From contig JBDRRP010000057.1 of the NCBI GenBank assembly GCA_043825735.1, forward strand, positions 1 through 64,000: 64,000 nucleotides of DNA, read 5' to 3'. Each line of letters begins with the position of its first letter. Position 1 is the first letter of the stretch. This document shows, one piece after another, positions 58,314-64,000 of this stretch. Below the pieces are notes generated by a model. It did not search any database. It was not told the origin of the DNA and was given only the letters and a program-made list of their open reading frames with translations. Origin of the DNA: Pseudomonadota bacterium (GTDB lineage Bacteria; Desulfobacterota; Desulfobacteria; Desulfobacterales; JBDRRP01). The translations under genes and the position numbers were made by a program.

Positions 58314-58772
58314 GTGAAAAAGGTAGCTGCGATTGCGATGACGATGTTGTTTGGCCTGCTGTCCGCCAACCTTTATGCGGTAGAGAAGGATGCCCCCGGG
58401 TGCAAGGACCACCCGCTCATTTCCAGGATGCCGGGCTACTATTTGATCGGATGTAGTAACGATGACGCCAAGTCCGATGTGGACATTCTCAACGGAGATC
58501 GTACCGAGACCATCCATCTCGAGGGAAAATCCATGGCATTGTTGTATCGCCTGCAGCCTGAAATCAAAACGAAACCCAATGAGGCCCAACTCCGCGGCGA
58601 TTTTGAAAATGCCGTTAAAAAACAGGGTGGCATCCTGCTGGGTATAACGTACGGTCAAAAATGGCCAATCTATAAGATGGTCCACGACGGCAAGGAATTC
58701 TGGGTTGTATTGATGATTAAATCCGGTGAATATTTTACGGGTCCGTACACGTGCAGAATCATCGAGAAATGA
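58314..58772 (+). CDS. Exported protein resembling the N-terminal domain of OmpA-family proteins
   Basis: RBS AGGAGG, GTG start, signal peptide, DAPGCKDHPLISRMPG; no OmpA domain follows. Confidence 0.75.
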   Translation: MKKVAAIAMTMLFGLLSANLYAVEKDAPGCKDHPLISRMPGYYLIGCSNDDAKSDVDILNGDRTETIHLEGKSMALLYRLQPEIKTKPNEAQLRGDFENAVKKQGGILLGITYGQKWPIYKMVHDGKEFWVVLMIKSGEYFTGPYTCRIIEK

Positions 58773-58802
58773 GTGGCGATTCCGAATAGCGGACTGATGT
58801 AA

Positions 58803-59000
58803 AGAAGAACCCGAGGCCGTGCCGAACCTGAGAATTCGCCGGCGAAATCGGGATTTACCATCGGTGAAGAATTTGACGTCATATACCTTGCGGATAACCC
58901 CAATTCGGTGACAACCACTGACTGGGGCCCAAATAACGCGGCTCCAATTGGTTTCATGGCAGCAGGGATTATCCTGCTGATATTGGCGATATACATCTAA
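58803..59000 (+). pseudogene. 3' remnant of a DUF3592-like membrane protein
   Basis: Start-less frame GFTIGEEFDVIYLADNP..GFMAAGIILLILAIYI*. Confidence 0.45.
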
Positions 59001-59110
59001 AGAAATAGCCGAGAGGGTTTTTCGGGCAGTTACAAGCCATTTATTTATTGATGGTCGGCCGGGACAAATCGAAGTCGATGGTAACGATGGTCTCTTCCTC
59101 CCTATCCTTG

Positions 59111-59389
59111 TCATAGAACCGGAGCTTCTTGGTTTCTTTCAGTCGTGTTACTCTCCCGGGTCAACGCCGCCTTGTCGTCATCCGCTTCGGGCCGGGCTTC
59201 GCCCCGCCCCTGGGATTCCGCCGCATCACGCTCCTGCTGCAGCTGTTGCAGTTGCTTCAAGAGCTGATCGATCCTGGCACTTACATTCGGATCGTTCTGG
59301 GCGGTTTGCTTGCGCAGGTCGCGCAGCTCCTTCCTTATGGCAGCCGGATCGGCGGGCAGTGCCGTATCGCACAGTGCAATATGCGACAT
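59111..59389 (-). pseudogene. Probable 5' fragment of an exported helical protein
   Basis: Signal-like hydrophobic stretch continues upstream in frame without a start codon; ORF ends after a short coiled coil. Confidence 0.4.
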
Positions 59390-59427
59390 GGCGATCAGAA
59401 CGGCCGAAAGGATAAACGCTGCCGGTT

Positions 59428-60483
59428 CTATTTGCTTGAACCTGGGGTTATGGTCCCCGCGTCACCGTCACAGTAAGAACCTTTGGGCGCGGAGGGATCT
59501 CTGTCGTGATATTGAAACGCTTCCCCCAGGTACCGGGCATAATCCTGCACCGTTTCGAGGCCGGAAAGCCCTACCGATTCGCTGGGGAGGGGAACCCCGA
59601 CCAGGTTTTGCTGCATTTCACTCATTACCTCGTCCAGGCGGCGGTGGTGAGAAATTGATGACTCGATGGAAACCTTGTAGATTTTCAAGGCCTTCAAAAA
59701 CTTGGGCGACATGTAACTGCAGTAATTACCGCGAGCATCCGTTATTCTTTGCTCCTGTTGATCGAGTTTGTCACAGGGAACTGAGTCATTCATCATTTTG
59801 GCTAACGTCTCCTGCTCTTTTTCCAGCCGCTCTTTCAACGATAATCCCGTCTCATCCTTTTCAAGTTCCACCACCCTTTCCTGCATAGCCGTCCTTAACC
59901 CGAGCGTTTTTTTTGTCAACGCCTCCCTTTCTTTGCCAAGCGCGATGTTGTCCGTGATTTTTTGCTTGCCGGCAGCCACGTCGCCTTTCGATTTCATCAG
60001 GTCGTTGGCCTGCTGCTCGCCGGCCATTGCCTTGGCCCAATCGACATTCGCCCCGGTTTTGCCTTCTTTTTGCGCCTTTTTCTGGTCCTTAAGCTCCTGC
60101 ATGGTGACGCCGAACTTTTCTGCCATCATCTGCTCGGCCATCTTCTTTTTCTCGGCCTTTGACATTTTCTTCATTTCCGCCTGGCTTTTCCCTTGGAACC
60201 CGGGCATATTTACCGAATTTTCCTGCATCTTTTTACTGTTATTTTCCTGCCACTTCTTAATGTCCCTGCGGCGGCTGCTGACCTCATTGTCCAGCTCTGC
60301 CTTCGTCGCGAAAAATTCTTTTTCAAATCTATCAATGATTTCAGCTGTCACAACGCATCCGGACGATGGCGGTGACGGCAGCGCGCCCAGATATTCATTG
60401 GGGCCTTTGAAGCCTGTCATCCCGGCGTGAACCGCCGCTGCGAACCAACTGATGATGCCCAATACAGTCAAGAATTTCTTCAA
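59428..60483 (-). CDS. Exported Lys/Met/Gln-rich helical hypothetical protein
   Basis: GGAGG then TTG start; signal peptide (VHA-G). Confidence 0.78.
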   Translation of the reverse strand: MKKFLTVLGIISWFAAAVHAGMTGFKGPNEYLGALPSPPSSGCVVTAEIIDRFEKEFFATKAELDNEVSSRRRDIKKWQENNSKKMQENSVNMPGFQGKSQAEMKKMSKAEKKKMAEQMMAEKFGVTMQELKDQKKAQKEGKTGANVDWAKAMAGEQQANDLMKSKGDVAAGKQKITDNIALGKEREALTKKTLGLRTAMQERVVELEKDETGLSLKERLEKEQETLAKMMNDSVPCDKLDQQEQRITDARGNYCSYMSPKFLKALKIYKVSIESSISHHRRLDEVMSEMQQNLVGVPLPSESVGLSGLETVQDYARYLGEAFQYHDRDPSAPKGSYCDGDAGTITPGSSK

Positions 60484-61219
60484 GTTGACCTCCATCGAAC
60501 TTATGGTTCCAGGTATGCTGGAGCGGACGCGAATGCCGACAAGGACTTTCTTTCTGGGAGCCAGTCTATTGGTAAGGAGCGGAGATGGAAAATAGGAGAG
60601 GAGATAGGAGATAAGAACTTGCTTTTCAGCATTCCATGTCCCCAGTCTCTTGAATTGTGCACGATGATTTCTGGCGCCGTTAGATATAGACGCCTCGTTT
60701 GGAAGCTGTACTATCCAAAATTTATTGCGCCCTGTCAATATGGGAAATCGCATCACTAAGCTATTGTCCGGGCTGTTTTGGGGGGATCAGCGCGAACGGA
60801 TCGGCTGTCTATCAAATGCATCGCCTTGGCAATAGTGTCGCTGCCGACATGGGGGCGGTGGGCCACTTTGTCTGCTGTGTTTTTGGGCGGTTCGCGAATT
60901 GGGCGAGCGACATGGCCGCCAGGGGCAGACGGCCTGGGATTTCGACCGCTGCCGTGAGCAGGTCGGTACGGCGAGGGGCTGAAATTGCAAAGAGCCTGAA
61001 CGTTAAGTTAATAGGGCGTCCCGAAAACTCCCTCAACTGAGAAACAAACTGGCGTTGGATGCGCCAAGCAGCCGGGCGCGCTGCCGGGACGCCATCAGCA
61101 CCGAGGCCACCGAGCAGGGCCCGTTTACTTTAACCCCCAAACAGGGTATATTCGCGCCTGAATCTTCAAGAAGGGTGGCCACTTACGGCTTCTTCCCCGC
61201 ATACTGCCACGAGGTATCC

Positions 61220-61882
61220 ATGCATCGAGTGCTCATTGCAGAAGACGACGCAATATTATCGAAACGGCTAGTGCGTACGCTGGAGAAACACGGCGACCGG
61301 CTCACGGTGGTGACGGCGGCCGATGGCCAAGAGGCCATCGATATCCTCGGCAGTGGGCCGGTTGCGCTGCTTATCACCGATATCCAGATGCCGCGTGTGG
61401 ACGGGCTGCAGCTGCTGGCGCATATCAACGCGCATCATCCGCTATTGCCCTGTTTCGTCATGACCGCCTACGGCTCCTTGGAGATGCAGGCGCGTATGCC
61501 GGCCGACCTGCTGCGGTTTTATCACAAGCCCTTCGATCTGGAGGAGATGGCTGCCGATGTGTTGACCGTGCTGAGCGACCCGGAATTCATCGGAGATCGC
61601 GCGGGCATTTCCATTTACAGTTTTCTTCAGTTGATCCAGCTCGAACAGGTGAGCTGCCGGCTCGATGTCGATGCCGACGCTGGGTTGTCGGGTCATCTTC
61701 TGTTTCGCGATGGTAACCTCCTTGATGCCGTTTGCGGCGACAAGCTGACAGGGGACGACGCGGCACGGGCGCTGATTCAACGCCGAAAAGCACGGTTTGG
61801 AATACGTTTTTTCCCCAAAGACGATGCCAGCCACCGCGTCACATTGCCGCTGGAGACATTCATTGGCCAGTCTCTGGCTTGA
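61220..61882 (+). CDS. Response regulator with PATAN/DUF4388-like C-terminal domain
   Basis: AEDD, TDIQMP, MTAYG, KPF; SFLQLIQLE..GHLLFRDGNLLDA. Confidence 0.85.
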   Translation: MHRVLIAEDDAILSKRLVRTLEKHGDRLTVVTAADGQEAIDILGSGPVALLITDIQMPRVDGLQLLAHINAHHPLLPCFVMTAYGSLEMQARMPADLLRFYHKPFDLEEMAADVLTVLSDPEFIGDRAGISIYSFLQLIQLEQVSCRLDVDADAGLSGHLLFRDGNLLDAVCGDKLTGDDAARALIQRRKARFGIRFFPKDDASHRVTLPLETFIGQSLA

Positions 61883-62030
61883 GCGGCCCTCGCGGCATCG
61901 GTTTTTCTTGATTTCCACTCTCATGGTCGTTATGGTCTTCTCCCGGTTGCGGGCGCTGCGGTGGCCCGGGAACCGGATCACCGATAAGGGTACGCCGGTA
62001 TTGGCAGGCAGCACAGGTTACGGAGGTGTT

Positions 62031-62510
62031 ATGAAAGGGTTGGTTCTGGGGTGTGTGGTACTGGCGTTGGTGCTGGGGGCCGGTTGCGAGCAGCTGCAGC
62101 AGCGGGCGCCGGAGGTATACTGGGTCATGATCGATGCGTCGCCAAATATTTTTGAGCCCGCGGTGTTTCACAACGGGGTCGCCATCGGCGATATCCAGGC
62201 AACCGACATCAGCCCCGTGCTGGTGACGCGGCTGGCGGTCACTATTGCCCCGGAGTACCAGGAACTGATGACTACCAAAACGGTTTTCATCGTGTCCGCC
62301 GGACGGTTGACCATCGACGAACTGGGGCCTCTGGGCGCGCCGGTGGCTCCGGGCGCGGTCCTCTTGGGCTTTCCCTCACCGCTCTCCCTGAAATGGTTCA
62401 AGACGCGAACGGTGTTTTCCCGTTCGGCCGATGTGGCTGCTGAAACCGCCAAGGCGCTTTTTGCCACTATGGATAACGGCGGACAGATGCGTGCCGCCGC
62501 AGGCCATTGA
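62031..62510 (+). CDS. MCE/MlaD-like lipoprotein
   Basis: RBS GGAGG, lipobox GAGC, VFHNGVAIGDI. Confidence 0.65.
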   Translation: MKGLVLGCVVLALVLGAGCEQLQQRAPEVYWVMIDASPNIFEPAVFHNGVAIGDIQATDISPVLVTRLAVTIAPEYQELMTTKTVFIVSAGRLTIDELGPLGAPVAPGAVLLGFPSPLSLKWFKTRTVFSRSADVAAETAKALFATMDNGGQMRAAAGH

Positions 62511-62558
62511 GGTGAACGTGTGCTAAACAACCGGGCGCGGATGCTTGTTGCCCGGTTT

Positions 62559-63137
62559 TCAGGCGGTGCCCTTCAGGCCGATCGCCTCGGCCACTTCCCG
62601 CATGCCCATGATGGTGTCGGTGATCAGCTCGCCGAGTTCCACCCCCAGCATGGTGGCTCCTTTTTCGATGATGCCCCGGTTAACGCCAGCCGCGAAACGC
62701 TTGTCCTTCCATTTCTTTTTCACCGATTTGGCCGTCATGTCGAGGACGCTTTGGGTGGGCCGCACCAAGGCCGATGTTGCCACCAGTCCGGTGAGCTCAT
62801 CGATGGCGTAAAGCGTTTTTTCAAGCATCGTCAGGGGCTCGACATCCGAGCATATGCCCCATCCGTGGCTGACCACCGCCCGTATGAAATCGGGTGGCCA
62901 TCTGTTCTCGGTGAGAATCTCCTCGGTTTTGCGGCAGTGCTGGTCGGGATAGCGCTCGTAGTCGAGATCGTGGATGAGACCGATGATGCCCCAGGTGTCT
63001 TCATCCTCGCCGTTTTTGCGCGCCATGTAGCGCATGACCCCCTCAACTGCCAAAGCGTGGCGGATAAGACTCTCGGAGGAATTGTAGGTTTTCAGAAGGG
63101 CCAGTGCCGCTTCTCGGGTGGGCGCGGTGGTGCTCAT
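62559..63137 (-). CDS. HD-domain metal-dependent phosphohydrolase
   Basis: RHALAVE, GLIHDLDYE, SHG, DELTG, FAAGVNR. Confidence 0.9.
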   Translation of the reverse strand: MSTTAPTREAALALLKTYNSSESLIRHALAVEGVMRYMARKNGEDEDTWGIIGLIHDLDYERYPDQHCRKTEEILTENRWPPDFIRAVVSHGWGICSDVEPLTMLEKTLYAIDELTGLVATSALVRPTQSVLDMTAKSVKKKWKDKRFAAGVNRGIIEKGATMLGVELGELITDTIMGMREVAEAIGLKGTA

Positions 63138-63147
63138 GACATTCCTT

Positions 63148-64000
63148 TCAGGGGGCGTCGCATTCACCTTCAGCTGGGGCAGTGAAGTTGACGGCGATCC
63201 CTATCTTGGTGATGCGCGTTATTTGGCCCTCGCGCTTGATGTGGCCGGCATTATTTGGCGCAGGATAAGAGACGGTGATGGCATCGTCAACAGCTAGTTC
63301 CGCTGACGTCTTGATAAATACCCCGCCGGCACTGAGGCTGTCGATCAGACCCCTGTAAAACCGGCCGCCCACCGCAAAATCGACTTCCACCAGTCGCTCG
63401 ATACGCGGATTGCGGCGTTTTTCCTGCATGGTCAGCACTCGGTTTTCCGTCTTGCGGCGTACGCTTTCGAAATCCTGGACCAGACGGCGGTATTTTCGAG
63501 CAAACCGCAATGCCTGCCATGAAACGATCATGGCCAGCAGGGAGAGAATGCCGGCGGCGATGGCCATGATCTGCCCGAAATTGAGATCCTCCGTCCGGGG
63601 AGCGGGCGGTGCGGTGGCAGGTTCAGCAGGGGCCTGGGGCGGCGCCGCCGCAGTGGTTTCCGGGAGGGGGATCGGCGTGAGCTGAGGCGGGGCCGCCGCC
63701 GCGTCCGGCCGTGCCTCCGCAGCGTCGTCGGCCGCCGCCGCTGCCGGCTCTGGCGCAATTGATGGCGGCTGGGGTGTTTCAGACATCGGCGCCGGGAGCG
63801 CGGGCGCGCCGACCGCCGCTGCGTTTAGATAGCTGGCAAATACCCAGCCGCTGTAATCGAGGTGGTTTTTCGTGACAGAAATCTGAACCCACTGGTTTTC
63901 CTGTTTTGAGATATCCACCCGCGTTCCAGCGGTGATGCCGGTCAGTACCCGATACCGGGTGCCCGGTCCCTCGCGCAGGTTGACGTTTTGGGTGACGGTG
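63148..64000 (-). CDS. SH3b - Pro/Ala linker - TM - PilZ protein (5' end outside window)
   Basis: VNLREGPGTRY..W..GWV; one TM; RRNPR and DSLSAGG. Confidence 0.8.
   Translation of the reverse strand, partial: TVTQNVNLREGPGTRYRVLTGITAGTRVDISKQENQWVQISVTKNHLDYSGWVFASYLNAAAVGAPALPAPMSETPQPPSIAPEPAAAAADDAAEARPDAAAAPPQLTPIPLPETTAAAPPQAPAEPATAPPAPRTEDLNFGQIMAIAAGILSLLAMIVSWQALRFARKYRRLVQDFESVRRKTENRVLTMQEKRRNPRIERLVEVDFAVGGRFYRGLIDSLSAGGVFIKTSAELAVDDAITVSYPAPNNAGHIKREGQITRITKIGIAVNFTAPAEGECDAP

Noticed and set aside
59011..61035. IS terminal repeats at ~59011-59034 and ~61014-61035
   Set aside because: Weak similarity, no transposase or target duplication

Overview
Bacterial genomic window; gene content suggests a Desulfobacterales-like deltaproteobacterium (inference only). 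The first ~6.4 kb is visibly AT-rich and is the distal end of an integron cassette array: 10 attC sites delimit 9 complete cassettes, mostly hypothetical proteins, plus an inverted BrnT/BrnA toxin-antitoxin cassette with its own promoter/operator, a GNAT, a SecDF-head-like/TPR fusion and one cassette gene with a nonsense mutation. No intI or attI lies in the window. The rest is GC-rich chromosome: a sigma54-dependent two-component system beside a Liv-type ABC transporter/acyl-CoA ligase operon, scpB, the CASDH/nspC polyamine pair, arfB, two YHS mini-proteins, gabD, Hsp20, a lipoprotein metacaspase, a B12 radical SAM enzyme, a BMP-type ABC transporter, trpB2, an M20 hydrolase, an MFS transporter, HPF, a lower-GC cluster of exported proteins and remnants (55.3-60.5 kb), and a partial SH3-TM-PilZ gene. 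Several intergenic regions hold mosaic short-period repeats, including a 208-bp element with 32-bp inverted repeats. No rRNA, tRNA, CRISPR array or intact transposase was seen. Functional calls come from motif recognition by eye, not from database searches.
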